This document shows, one piece after another, positions 11,595 through 24,600 of a stretch of 64,000 nucleotides of DNA (within the stretch, counting starts at the first letter, position 1; every line of letters starts with the position of its first letter). This DNA is from Heptranchias perlo (lineage: Eukaryota), in the NCBI RefSeq assembly GCF_035084215.1, contig NC_090348.1, positions 31,310,001 through 31,374,000 on the forward strand, given 5' to 3'. The position numbers and the translations under genes were made by a program. The notes under the pieces were generated by a model. The model was not told where the DNA came from. It made no database searches and saw nothing but the letters and a program-made list of their open reading frames with translations.

Positions 11595-12720
11595 GGTGAT
11601 GTTGAAAGAGATCTGGGAGTGTTAAGATTTAACCTGTTCAGTCAATTCAAAGCAGCAATCAAAACATGCTGAATAATCATAGCCAAATCAGTAGACTAGA
11701 AGTCGGAGGACGTCATGCTAAGCCTGTACAGTGCTCTAGTCAGAAGACATCTTGGACTATATGCATAAGTTTGGACAAGCAAGTCAGTCAAGCCCTGAGG
11801 TGGTGCAGGGAAAAGCCACAAGGCTGATGGGAACAGAAGTAGGTTATTTGACTCCTCTAACCTGCTATACCATTTTGTGAGCCATCATAGCTCTATAATG
11901 TCATTCCCCATTTCTGGCCCTTTCTCCTCATCCTTAATACCCTTACTGGCCAAATAAACAGCCATCTCCTTTTCAAACACTTCAATTGATTGTTGTGCAT
12001 TCTGCAATTTCAAGTCCCTTTTCATGAAGACATTTTATCGAGACTTATGTTCAATTGACTTAATTCAAATTTTATTATAGCTCCAAATTGTATGATCCAG
12101 AGGGAGGGGGAGACAGTGTGGCATCCGGATCTGCTAGGTTTCTGCTCATTTCAGTGAAGATCTGAAAAGTGCTGTCCCAGGTGGGGAGTAACCTCCAGAA
12201 GGATCAATTGCTGTTGGAAAAAGGGGCAGACGTCACCGGAGATCTAGATGGAGAAACATTTGTGTCTTATCTTGCACGGTGCCACTCAAGGATTACGCTG
12301 CCTTAGTGGGTCAGCCACCCACCCCTTTTATTTAAATGAATTTGGGACAGAGTCACATTTGGAGCTGAGCAGTGGGTGAAAGTTCCACACTTCCAGTGCA
12401 CAATGGCATCATGGAATGTTCCCCCTAATATGTTCCCTTGTTCTGGATTCTTGTACCAAAAGAGAAAAGTTACACTCTATTCACCTTGCCAATCCCCTTC
12501 ACTCTTGTTACCACTTCAATCAGATATCCCTTAACTGTGTCATCTTCAGGGAACATAAACCAAGTTCTCCCAATTTTTCATCACAGCCAAACTCCATCAT
12601 ATTATCATGATGAATTGTTACTGGACTTTCTCCACGGCCAGTATATCTTTCCTTATTAAATTCAAAATCAGTGTTCACTGCGTGTATTTTGATGGCTTGG
12701 CAGGCACATTGCAAAGGATT
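11595..12720. mobile_element. Cluster of old CR1 fragments in both orientations
   Basis: Plus-strand RT relic at ~11595-11830 (gatctgggagtg...ctgtacagtgctctagtcag). Minus-strand 3' relics at ~11835-12080 and ~12420-12720 (EKLGELGLCSL). Confidence 0.5.
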
Positions 12721-14556
12721 CTGAAGTCAAGTATAACTTCACTATTTTAACCGTTATCCATATGATAATGATTTAAATGCATAAAATTAACTTGATGTTT
12801 CCAAACTATACTGTCCTGTCAGTTTGCACTGCCTAAAGTGATCTCTAAGTTATTAAAGTATTGGAGCACCCAAACTGCATCCATTAGTCTTTTTGAATGG
12901 GATTGTACCTGCAAGCTAGTTTTTAAAAAGTGTACTTGGATCCCTAAATCCCTGTTTATCTATTCCCCTAGTGCCTCCCCATTTACAATTCTTACATCCA
13001 AAGTGTACTACCTCTCACTTTGTTATATTGACCTATATCTGTGTCCTTTTGCTTGCCACCTTTCAGCCAATTTTTTTTCTCCATTGCAGGTTGAATCCCC
13101 AGAACCAGAAAACTGAGCTGAGGAAAGACTTGGGAAACTCAGGCTTTTCAGGCCTAAAATGAGGTGACTAACAGGGGTCTTTAGTAGTATGAGATAATGA
13201 AACAGTTTAGAAAAAACAATTCTGCAACACTGCCTTAAGTTAATAGGTCAAATGGTCAAAAGGTAAATTTAGAACAGATGTCCGGAAGTTCCTCCTGCAA
13301 AGAATGATAAATATGTGGAATGGACTTCTGAGTAGCAGGGTGGAAACAAAGACTCTGGAATCATTGAAGATGCTCTGATTCGGCTGGAGGGGTAAAACCA
13401 TAGGTTTGTTCTGAATAATGAGTTCGGATGGCCTGAATAAACTTTCTCACCTATTTTGTGATCTTGTGTGAGAGTACACAAGCCCTCATTAGCACTCTAG
13501 CCAAGCCAACCCAGGTTAGCAACCAAATTCAGCATGACCAATGTAGTCAGAAACCACATGGCTCAATTGTATTCAGACATATTAAACTGCCCTAACCCTT
13601 ACACATGATCTGCTTCCATTGTACGTATAATGCCGCTAGCAAAAATCCTATGTATTTTCTGCATGTACTGTAAAAGTTATATTTATTTGCATCTCTCATA
13701 TTACAAATAAGTACAATAACTACCTAAAATGCATGTTTGAATATAACTTTTCTTTCCTATCATATAATCTTTGAAAAATAAATCCTCATAACCAAGTCCT
13801 CTAGTACAGATAGTAGTGTCTTCTGGAAACAATTGAGCTGTTTGTTCAGAGCAGATGTACCAAGGTAGTGTCTTCCCCAAATGTATTTTGTGGGTTGCAA
13901 TACACAACACAATCAATGATGCAAGGTTTGAAGATGTAGGCGAGAGAAAGGACAATAGGAACACCAGCATTGAATAATGCAAGAACAAGATTTTTTTTTA
14001 GAAACAGGAAAATAAGCTGATCCCTTTTCATAACTACACCACATTTTTTCAATATCTTTCAATCCCCTTTCCATCAGAAACATGCAATTGTCTCCTGAAT
14101 ACATTTATACTGTCTGGGTCATTGAACATCCCTAATAACCCATCGCATAACTTTTACACTTTGCATGTAAGTGTTCCACCAGACTCGCCTCCTTATGCTT
14201 AACTTCCTTCTTTTACAGGCAATATACCTCATGAACAAAACACGATAAACCAGGTGAGTATATAGAAGCAGGTATGATTCTATAGAATGGAGAGTAAGCA
14301 GGGAAGTGAAACTGGAGTATATATCCAGTTGAAGTGCTGGCACAGGAACAGGGTCAAATGGCATCTTTGTGTTGTGGAACGTACAAGTATAAAATTTCAG
14401 TGTGATGTAGATACCAAGAGCACACATAAAGGGTGAATTCATCATTTTCCATCCAGTTGCATTATTTTTCTGCATAACAGGTACATACCAGAGCATTGCC
14501 AGGAGATAGATTTTGCTATGACATGCAGCCCAGGGATTCCGCCATTGACAATCTGG

Positions 14557-14604
14557 CTTACAAACCAGATACCCTGCTGCCTTACAAACCAGATACCCTG
14601 CTGC
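14557..14604 (+). repeat. Perfect 24-bp tandem duplication
   Basis: cttacaaaccagataccctgctgc x2. Confidence 0.95.
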
Positions 14605-14879
14605 CTGAAGCATTCAGCACATGGAGTTTAAAACTGAATATCACCAGAGTAATGTGCGTTTTTTTTAAAAAAAGCCTCACAGGAGCACAAATACTCATGC
14701 AAATAAAAGTGCCAATGAGTTTGATTATTCAGTTTAAAAGGGGAACTGGTCCTATTAGATGTTGACTGACTGGAGAGTCTCAGCACTTGATGATTACAAA
14801 TAAAAATTCAAGTATTTCAGTATATGCTATGGTGTGAAATATCAAAAAAAACTTAAGTGAAATATTGAGCCATAGTTAC

Positions 14880-16013
14880 CTTGCTCAATTCCTTAGGACA
14901 ATTGGATGGATTTTCAGGTTTGTAAGGATTATAAATGACTTCTTGTCCATTTACCATCCCTTGGTCAACATAGCAGATTTCTCTATATTCTTCAATCTTT
15001 TCATTTATCTGCTTCAAGGAGAACATACAGAAAGCAGATTTATCAGGAGAGGCTGTGTTCTGGTTACCTCTGTTAAACACGGCAAAGAGAACTTTATCCT
15101 GTGGAGTTACAGTCCCATAGATCCCCGATGCGCTCATGGTCTGTGCGAGTTTTTCTCCAGGATTAGTGATATAAGCAGACTGCACAAGATTACAATCACC
15201 ACATTCTAGGACCATTTCAATGTAGGAATAGTAAGAGATATCATCAAGGCAAATACGTGATACATAGGTTTTAGGTTCATGTGGATGCTGCTTTCCTTTC
15301 ATTCGAGAAAAAATAAAATAAACAAAAGCACCATCTTCAAATGAAAATTTAAAGTCATGTCGATACGGTGTATGAGTGTCTGGTTTCACAGCTGAAGTAT
15401 CTTGAATAAGCTCAAAATAGTGGTCATATTCCTTTGTTGGAGAAAGTGTTCTGGTGCTAACTATTGCACTTGAATATGTTGTCTGACTCTTTCCAACAAA
15501 AATCACCTGCTTGAAAATCACATTGGGTCCCACAGTTGATTCTTTCATGGCTGTTATGAGTCCCACAGTTGATTCATTACTTGCAACAAATGTAGCTTCT
15601 CCGCCATTCTCATTTTCATAAATGACTTTACTGATGTTATTCAACTGCCATAGTGAGCAAATTCCTCTAAATATACTTCCACATATCACAAGCCTATCAT
15701 TATCTTTGTCTATTAAAAGAAGTTTATTGTAATTATCAGTTTGTACTGCAGATTTGCAATCTTTTGTTATTGGTGGGACACACTTTGGATCATCAAGTTT
15801 CGGACCAGTTTCTGTTCTCTCTTCCTGGTGGAGTTCTGCTGTTAGCTGATAGAGGAAATTCACTGCTCCAACATACACTCGCCCAGTGCTGTTGTCCACG
15901 GCCAAATGTAGCAGTTTTGTGGTGCTGTTAAATTCATCATATCCTTCAACTCCAGGTTTAAAGCCTGAATAAAAGACTGCAAGTGCGCAGAACATCCAAG
16001 TCCAAGGTGACAT
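14880..16013 (-). CDS. PLXNB2: Plexin-B2-like, first coding exon (signal peptide + most of Sema domain)
   Basis: ATG at 16013 (MSPWTWMFCALAVF..., hydrophobic signal peptide), 13 nt after the acceptor ttttgttttgcag| (exon starts 16026). Plexin Sema motifs GRVYVGAVNFLYQL, TGPKLDDPKCVPP, DNYNKLLLID, LVICGSIFRGICSL, SRICLDDISYYSYIE. Donor AAG|gtaact at 14880, phase 0; 378 codons. Confidence 0.93.
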
Positions 16014-16239
16014 TTCCAAAACTGAACTGCAAAACAAAAGCAAGGCACAAAGAGTATAAATACAAATTAATAAGCATAAGAATTTCATCTTTTCCAAATT
16101 AAGAAATAATTCTTTTTCACATGTTCAGTCATCTCCAACTTATTTTAAAACTGATTAAATTGTTGAATGGGTTGGATAACAGATCTTAAAAAAAGTGATC
16201 ATGGCAAGGCAAACATCTTATTTTGAGGAGGTTTACACA

Positions 16240-17135
16240 AATCAAAACATGGAACAAGCAAAGCTCATTCAGCTCTTGAAGCCCACTCATTTCCAAATAA
16301 AATCAACTTGGACTATTCAATCTCTTCAGGAAAAAATCTACATAAATAACCAATGAGTTTCTCCAAAATACTTTCATAATTTGACCATGAAGAGATCCAA
16401 ACTACTTGGTCATACAACCTTCCTTGGTAAGCTCCTCCAAAAACTGACCACACCCTCTCAGTGAAGTAATACCTTCTTATACACCTTCTGAATCAACCCC
16501 TTTTCAGCTTATACTCATGTCTTCTTCTGCTAAACCAAGACAAATAACCCTGACTGATCCTCTACATCCTAGAGCCGTAATAATTTGAATACCTAAACTG
16601 TATCTCCCCTTGGTCTTAGCCAGACCAAGGAGAAGAGTCCCAGTTCTGACAGTCTGTCCTCTATTCTTCAGTCCCCAAAGCACTCTCATAGCTCTTCTCT
16701 GCGCTTTCATCTGCTCAGCCACATACTTCCTGTAGCAAGGTCTCCAGAACTGTGCAAAACACTCCAGGTATGGTAGACAGTTACAGGATCTCCTTCGATC
16801 TACATTCTATTGCTGTTTTTATACAACCCTAGATCCCATTTGTTTTCTTGACTGCAGCTAGACAATGGCTTGATGTCTTGAAAGATCGATCTACCATGAC
16901 TCCGAAATTCCTTTCCTAATTCATCTTTGTCAGCATTTTCTCATTGAGCCTATAATCCCTCTGCTTATTTCATAATCCTAAATGCATGGTTTTACACTTA
17001 TCTCCATTAAACCACATCTACCAACTATCTGCCCACCTCTCCAAACAATCCAGGCCCTTCTATAGCTTGTCCTCCCATCTTCCACCGTACTAACCACCCC
17101 TGCTAATTTGGCATCATCTGCAAACTCAGATTAAA
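16240..17135 (-). mobile_element. Old CR1 LINE RT/3'UTR relic
   Basis: Minus-strand tttgcagatgatgccaaattagcagg (FADDAKL), ccatacctggagtgttttgcacagttctgg (PYLECFAQFW), and a CR1-like 3'UTR. Confidence 0.7.
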
Positions 17136-18399
17136 CTACTGATATCATCTTCCATATCAGTTGTGAAACTGTGGAAAAACCACCAGTCCCACATCAAGCC
17201 CGTGTTTACTTACTTATCATACATCTCCACCCAGAATAGCTGCCATTTACTCAGACCAGAATTCTCACTTCTAGTCTCCAATCCAGTCTGTCACAACTTT
17301 CCTCATCTTTCTCTTATTGATACTATTATGGTCAGTGCTCCTCCAAACTTCCCTGTCTTGGTCCTTCTGAACTCCAAATACACCACCCTACATGCACTTC
17401 CTCTGTTCCCATTTTTTCTGCCTTACTTTTCTTGCCTCTTTATAATTTCTCTTTTTCCTTTCATAAGTTTAATTTCCTTTCCCACTTTCTCATCTACCTT
17501 TTTAGCTTGCACTTTCTTTCACATCTTGGTGTTTTTATTATTCTTGCATGATGGGGGAGACAAAATTAATGTGAATCACCATAACTAATGGTACGGAGCG
17601 TTTTTACCAGCACAAGTAGTGCATTTTCTAATGCCATAGGTCAGATTCATTATACATCAATGTTGTTATGACATAACCGCAGAGAGCGGGGCTTACTTCC
17701 CAAATGTCCTGTTTTAATTGGGATGTTCAAAATATTAAATATTTTGGTGAAAAAAAAGTTGCAGTGTAGAAGACTCCCAAGCTGGCAAAAGTCAGCCAAT
17801 TGGCTAGTTCTATGGAAAACCATACTGCTGCTTTGACCTTTTCAAAACGTTGTTAGTTGACAGGTTTGGAGGAGACACATGGCATGGCATCAGTCGTAGA
17901 ACAGGATCCACTTGATAAGGATGGGCACAATGCCAATGAGAAGAGGACAAAGCATTTCTGGGATCAGTGTTCCTTCTTCCTACACCATTTATTCCAATTT
18001 CATATAATTCCTGGCCAACCACAAAATATTCTCAATTATTCTATCAGTTTGATGCTCAGTATACATAATTTGACAGCAATCCATACTGAGCATAACTTAA
18101 AAAGGATACACTTAAATATAACTATGTTTTAAAAAAAAAAGCACTGGGAATCTATAAGTGAAAACCTCAACTATTCTTAATCCTACAACAACAGCGTTAC
18201 AAAAATTCAAGTTTTGTTTTTACCAAGTAACCTAATTGAAGCCTCAAGGGACCGACTGTCTGAGTCAACACCAAGGCTTAAAAGAGCAAAGTCAGGAAAT
18301 TATGCTGAGCAAAAATCATATAAATACTTAACACATTTGTATCATATTCTTCTGTCGGCTATTTTAACAGGGGCATGAACTTTAAAAAAAATAATTAAA

Positions 18400-18680
18400 T
18401 ATTTGATTTGATTCCCAGTCTGCGTTGAACTAACTCATCTCAGCCAGAACAGTAGGCACTAAACCATCTGAAAAGAGAAAAAAAAAAGTACTTGCCGAGG
18501 GATACTGCTCCTGATTGCTGATCTCGGATGCAAATTGTCCATATGGATTCCTGAGTAAAGTCTGGTTTGGACTTGGCTGTGATGCGAACCCTACCCACCA
18601 CCTCAGACTGATTAAAAGCTGACCCTACCAACACTCGCCTCTTTCACATATGAAGAATGGTCACTTAGGCAAGTGTATTC
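18400..18680 (+). mobile_element. Degenerate SINE-like interspersed repeat (related to 30762-30920)
   Basis: Both loci share the ordered motifs gcc(g)aggg..ctgctcctga...gctgtg(a/g)tg. Family not named with confidence. Confidence 0.45.
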
Positions 18681-19501
18681 CTGCAAGTCACCTTATTCAA
18701 GGGAGGAGGCATAAAAGGAGAAATTGGAGAGGAACTTGAAAACTGAAGGGGGAAAGTACCTTAACTCTTTTCGGTCAGTGCTGTATAATCCCCATTGATT
18801 GGATGGATGTGCATGCAACAGAGAACCTCAGATCTATCAAACAACTACTTTATGTCAGTAAAAACAGTTCAAGAATTTTTTTTAATATAAAGTGCCCATT
18901 ATGACAGCGTGAAGTATGAAATGCTGCAAACAATTTTCTAAAAATAGAACACTATTGCCTATTTACAATATATTTTTTCACATTTTAATTGGGCAGTTTT
19001 GAAACACCCTTGCTGTAACATGAGGAGACAGGATACTACCCCAATTTTAAAAAACCTTGTGAATACAAACTGCTTCATTGCTGAATTGCCTGAAACTCGT
19101 CCAACTAGCGGACTTCAAGTCAGCAGATGTCGACTGGTTTTAATTTTGTGAATCCTTAAGAGGGTTAAATACAGATGTCGGGTTTTGCTGATTAAGAACA
19201 CAAAGACCCAGTGGTATTCAGTACATGCTCAGAAACTGAGGCAACCCTTATGATTTATCTTATCTCATTCTTCCCTGCGAGAATCAATACTAGTGAGTGC
19301 TCTTGAAAATAAAAACCATGACAAAATGTTCCACTTTATTCCTACTACTTTCTTTTTCAGCTTCAAAACTGTTCACCCTGCAAGGTATCTGACTGACTGC
19401 TAGCTGGTAAAGGTTTCAATGACATTTTTGTAAAGGTTTTGCAATTTAATTTGAAGATTTTCCCAATGAAATGTGGCAGTCAATAAAGTGCCGATTCCCA
19501 A

Positions 19502-19748
19502 TAAGAACATAAGAAATAGGAGCAAGAGTAGGCCATATGGCCCCTCAAGCCTGCTCCGCCACTCAATAAGGTCATGGCTGACTTTTGACCTCAACTCCAC
19601 TTTCCCGCCCGATCCCCTTAGAGTCCAAAAATCTATCTATCTCAGTCTTGAATATACTCAATGACTGAGCATCCACAACCCTCTGGGATAGAGAAGTCCA
19701 AAGATTCACAACTCTCTGAGTGAAGAAATTTTTCCTCATTTCAGTCCT
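19502..19748 (-). mobile_element. CR1 3' end / CR1-mobilised SINE tail
   Basis: taagaacataagaaataggagcaagagtaggccat...; reverse complement of the 3' end of the CR1 at ~32540-32790. Confidence 0.85.
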
Positions 19749-20269
19749 ATTGCAGGATTATGAACTCAGGTTCTCGGGCTTATTAGTCCAGGCTGCTGGA
19801 TTTACTAGTCCAGTAACATTACCACACCACCACCGTACCCGTGCTGCTGCAGGTTCAGGGGATGAGGGAAGCTTGACAAATTTGCAAAATGACAATAAAA
19901 ATTTCCACTGTGTAAAAAAAAAATGGATTTTCACTTTGCCAAATATTGCAGAGTGACCACCGCAGAGTGAATGGCAAGACCTCAGGCTGGTATTTCGTGT
20001 TTTTCTTGCGATATCCCTCTATTCGGCAGCATGGTGTGGCATCATCGAGTGCTCACACAGGAGAGGAGATTGAAAGTGAAGTGTACAGGGCAAGACTGTC
20101 AGGAACTCACACTACACGTGACGAGAGTCAGGAACCAGGACTCCATTCAGGATTCAAAGTTGAGGGAAGACAGGTGTAGTTAAGATGTTTGCTGGATCTC
20201 GTGGATCATTTCTTGAATAGGTCAGTGATGGGCATGCCAACACCGCACCTCATTTAAAAAAAATATATT

Positions 20270-20800
20270 GAAGAAGGATGTTATGTTGAACCTTTATAAA
20301 ACACTGGTTAGGCTACAGATGGAGTATTGCGGCCAATTCTGGGCACCGCACTTTAGGAAGGACGCGATTCCTTTTGAGAGGGTGCAGAAAAGATTTTCTA
20401 GAATGGTTCCAGGGATGAGGGACTTCAGTTACGTGGATAGACTGGAGAAGCTGGGGTTGTTCTCCTTAGAGCAGAGAAGGTTGAGAGGTGATTTGATACA
20501 TGCGTTCAAAATCATGAAGGGTTTAGATAAAGTAAATAAAGAGAAACTGTTCCCATTGGTGGAAGGGTCAAGAACCAGAGGACACAGATTTAAGGGATTG
20601 GCAAAAGAACTAAAGGCGACATGAGGAAAAGCTTTTTTTAAAAAAATGTAGCAAGTAGTTATGATCTGGAATGCGCTGCCTGAAAGGGTGGTGGAAGCAG
20701 ATTTGATCGTGGTTTTCAAAAAGGAATTGGATAAATACTTGAAGGGAAAAAAATCTACAGGGCTACGGGGGAATGGGACTAACTGGATTGTCCTTACAAA
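20270..20800 (+). mobile_element. CR1 LINE 3' fragment
   Basis: MLNLYKTLVRLQMEYCGQFWAPHFRKD...LEKLGLFSLEQRRLRGDLI. Confidence 0.92.
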
Positions 20801-21269
20801 ATGAATGATTTTCTCTGGCCAGTTATGAAACAGAGTATAATCCCACAGCAGGTACCATTATTACACAACATTTTTTTAAAAACATAACCAGGAAGTGTTC
20901 AAAATTCCTGACCCTATTCAACTGACATTTCTCAGTAAGGTAAAATCGTATTTAATATAATTTACTCAAGAGGAGTGCAGTGGAAATTTTTAACTACAAG
21001 TTTTAGCGGATGGTTTTACTTCACAAACAGTTTTAACGCTATTTTGAACAAAATGCCCGTTATGAGTCAAAGTGATCCTTTATAGTGCTGTTGTGATTAC
21101 TATGACCATGCTGTAGCTGAAGGATAAAGGCTTGGTGCGTAAAAAAAAGAAAACTGTATATGGTGTATATACACATTGGATAAAAGTGCTACACCATTTG
21201 GAGTCCCACATCTTAAACGTGGATCTCACCCCCAAAATGAGCTGGAAGAGAGGGGTAAACGGTCATATT

Positions 21270-21635
21270 TTTCCAGTACACAATCTAGGCCGACACTTCA
21301 GCACTAAGGGAGTGCTGCATTGTTGGAGATGCCATCTTTCCAGTGAGATGTTAAACTGAGGCTCTGTGCCTATTCAGGTGGCTATAAAAGACCTTATTCA
21401 ATGAGGAGCAGGGAGCTCTCACGGTGTCCTGACCAACATTCATCCCTTAAACTTCACCAAAAATAGATTTTGCTGGTTATGCACCTCATTTTCTTTTTGT
21501 GGGACTTTGCTACGTGCAAATTGGCTGCCATCTTTGCCTACACAATAGTGACTGCACCTGAAATGTAATTAATTGGAAAGGGCTTAGGGACGACTTAAAT
21601 GTTTGATTTGGTTCTATATAAATGCAAGTTCTTTT
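21270..21635 (+). mobile_element. DeuSINE (SacSINE1/AmnSINE1-like Deu domain with L2-type tail)
   Basis: Deu-domain-like gagatgttaaactgagg...ggtgtcctgaccaacattcatccct...tgtgggactttgctacgtgcaaattggctgcc, ending ctatataaatgcaagttctttt, the same tail as the L2 at 5421. Confidence 0.75.
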
Positions 21636-24600
21636 GAAAGGAAAAGAAAACCTGATAGGAAAGTTAAAATAAAATTAGTTAAAGTTATAGGAATACGAGA
21701 GAATGGGTTAAAAAAAACTCAAATGTTTCCAAAGAATTGGAAGTTTTTAAAATGTGTTTATTTTGTAAGGGTATTATAAAACTAATTCTGATATCTGAAT
21801 GGCTTTTTGTTGCTACAGCTGCATAATATCAAAACGTATTCCTTGCAAACAAGCTATTTCGAAATGAAACATCCTCCGCTTGACTTCATTTAAATTGGAG
21901 CTGTTCCTGTTTGAAAACTATTGGCACAACTTCCCAATCATGTTTATAAATACATGTTTTAGACATCAGACCTCATTCATCTCACAAATCAGTCACACGA
22001 CAAGAAAACCAATATACAAATCACAAAATGATACAAGCTTCTTTCTCTCTCAAAACAGCAGCCTCCATTTTAATTTACTTTTCTGGTCTTCAAACCTCAT
22101 GGATGTGACTCATACCATAGTTCTCCTTCCACACTAAACAGTCGCTGTTATCTGGCCTGCTGCCCCTGTAGATTAAATAACTCATCCTGTGGTAGTGCCC
22201 CTGAATGTGGTACATAAAAATAATGGCCTGTATTGATCCTCACGCTTTTTGATCTTGATTGAACAGAAGCTAAATATTTTTCACCCCCTCTTCTACTAAA
22301 AATGTTGAATCCTTGCTGAGGAAGCTTACAGGCAACAGGTCATCCTACAGCACCTCAAAACTAGCCATGGTTCATGTGGGAAGTTAAGCAAATAATATTT
22401 TGGGGATGGAAGTGAAGAGAATGATACGGATCTAATTCATCATTTAGAAACAGATCCAATTCATCCAAACTGATGACAAGAGTTAATTTCCACAACTATC
22501 ACTTGTCCACATTGGGTTATTTCCATGTTAATATTCAGACTTAACCCATTCAGCTTTACTTGCGTCTCTTGGAATAGTTTTGTACTCTTGTCACTGTAAA
22601 TGAGGATACCAAGACATTTATTCAACACAGACTATTACCTTCTCATCAGCTCGTGAAGGTGTCACCCAAAAGCCAGACCCGCTTCGTATTCACTTTTGTA
22701 AAATCAAGACAAGGTAACATAGATAAAAAGAATCTGACCTCTATTTAAAAATGATTGCCACATGGAAGAAATCACAGATCAGGTACTGAAAAGACCCTGC
22801 GGCTTCCAACCCCTCATTTCTTATTTTGAATTTGTTAATGGGTTCTTTGAAATCCAAGATCGAATGAAAAGGCTTAGAAACATACAGCAGCAGTTCATAG
22901 CCTCTGATAAACTCTATTTTTAGATGTTTGCCTGGAACAATCTGCCTCCAACTGGTGGTCAAACTGATACATCAGCAGATAACGATTATCTCTAAATTAC
23001 ATACTCAAACTGATGATATAAAACATTGAAATTTTCCATGACATTATGTCTGTCTTGCCATTAATGCTGTCCAGGAAATAAAATCTACATTCAGCCCGGA
23101 CTCTGGTAAGCACAGAGAGTGGTTCCATCCCATCATAGGACAGAGCTGCATATTGATGCATGGTCCCAAATCCCCTCTCAAGATACCTTCGCCTTACTGC
23201 TTGAGCATGTCTTGCAAACTCCCTTCGTGCCATTCCATTCCACATGGAGCGATTTCCTGAAGTCATTGCTGCTGCACACCCTCCAACCTTCTTGCCTTCA
23301 TCTTCCATGGAGATATCCTCTGGCAGAACATTTTGCAGGTGGGCATCTCCAGTGGAAGGCTCTGTACTTGGGGACTCTTCCTGGCACCACTGGGAACCTG
23401 GGGTAAAGAGTGCTGCACAATGCTGTGGCCTCAAACTAGTACCTGAGCCATTTTACAGATGTGCTGGCCACATGTCTATTCTGCCAGAGATTGCAGCCCC
23501 TCCTTCACTAACTGAAGGGACAGTTCCTCAATTTCTAGCTTCACTTCTCTTCCATACTCTTCCTCTTTGTTCACCCTTTATGCAGAGTAAGCATGGCAGA
23601 GGACCTCCTTTTGGATCTGCTCGTGAGCCTGGTGAAATCTGCCAGAAACAGGAATAAGATGCACAGGATCACTGGTGAGGGTCTCTCCAACTGTTCGTCC
23701 ACATGCCAAATCTCTAGTACATGTCCAGGTGACCATGCAGTGGAATCATATGGTAAACCCCCTGCTTGATACTTCCAGAACCATTTTATTATTTTCTTCT
23801 AACCAGGGAGGCCAAAGATGTAGCTGGTTAGCAGAAGATGAACACTGCAATATATACATGTTTTAAAGCTTCATAAAATTATTCCTTTTTGTTGCCATCT
23901 TGGATTACAAACAACCCTGCAAGTTCAAAATGAGAATACTGCCAAGGGGTACAGTGCATCTTCCAAAATGTAACCTGTACACAATGTTTGTGTTTAAGGC
24001 TGCAGAAACTACTTTGGACTAAAAATATAATTGCATTTCTTCCTGTCACCACAATTACTCAATGGCTAGTAACACAATTACACTACTAGACTGGGTATCA
24101 AACTCCAGTCAGTACCTACAATTTAAAAGCATTTAACACTGATTGGACAATCAACAATTGCTTTATTACTAAAAAATGCATATATACCAAGTCATTTTTT
24201 GTTTGGAGGGGGATAGAACCATTAAACTTATAAAAAGATGTCAACTTGTTTGTTCTCTCCACAGGTACTGACTGACTTGCATCTTCAGTTTATGTCTCAG
24301 CCTCATGGAAATAATGTCTTTGTTTTTTTTTAGTACTTTTAAAAGTTAAACTGCTTGGTGTTACACGTAGAATCCCCTCGAGGCAACCATTAAGATGTAA
24401 ATTCCTTGGACATATGGAAACTCTATAAAAAGGACTGAGGGCATTTACCATACTACCAACAGGAAGAAAGAATTCCATACACCAGCACCTTCGGATATGT
24501 CAGGGATAAGTGTGGGAAATCCTATACTACAAGTCGACGCAAGTCAGTGATGTATTTGTATTCGGAATGGCATTTCTACTTGTAATGATGCTGCACCCAC

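Noticed and set aside
14119-14613. 164-aa minus-strand ORF directly after the Sema exon
   Set aside because: No plexin similarity or supported splice sites. Its repeated AAGYLVCK comes from the 24-bp duplication.
16014-16097. N-terminal extension MEKMKFLCLLICIY... of the Sema ORF
   Set aside because: Corresponds to the intron's polypyrimidine tract and 13 nt of 5'UTR. It starts at TTG, and the signal peptide begins at ATG 16013.
19940-20250. CpG-retaining segment with short ORFs (retrocopy?)
   Set aside because: No recognisable protein in the frames read, and no poly(A)/TSD structure that I can support.
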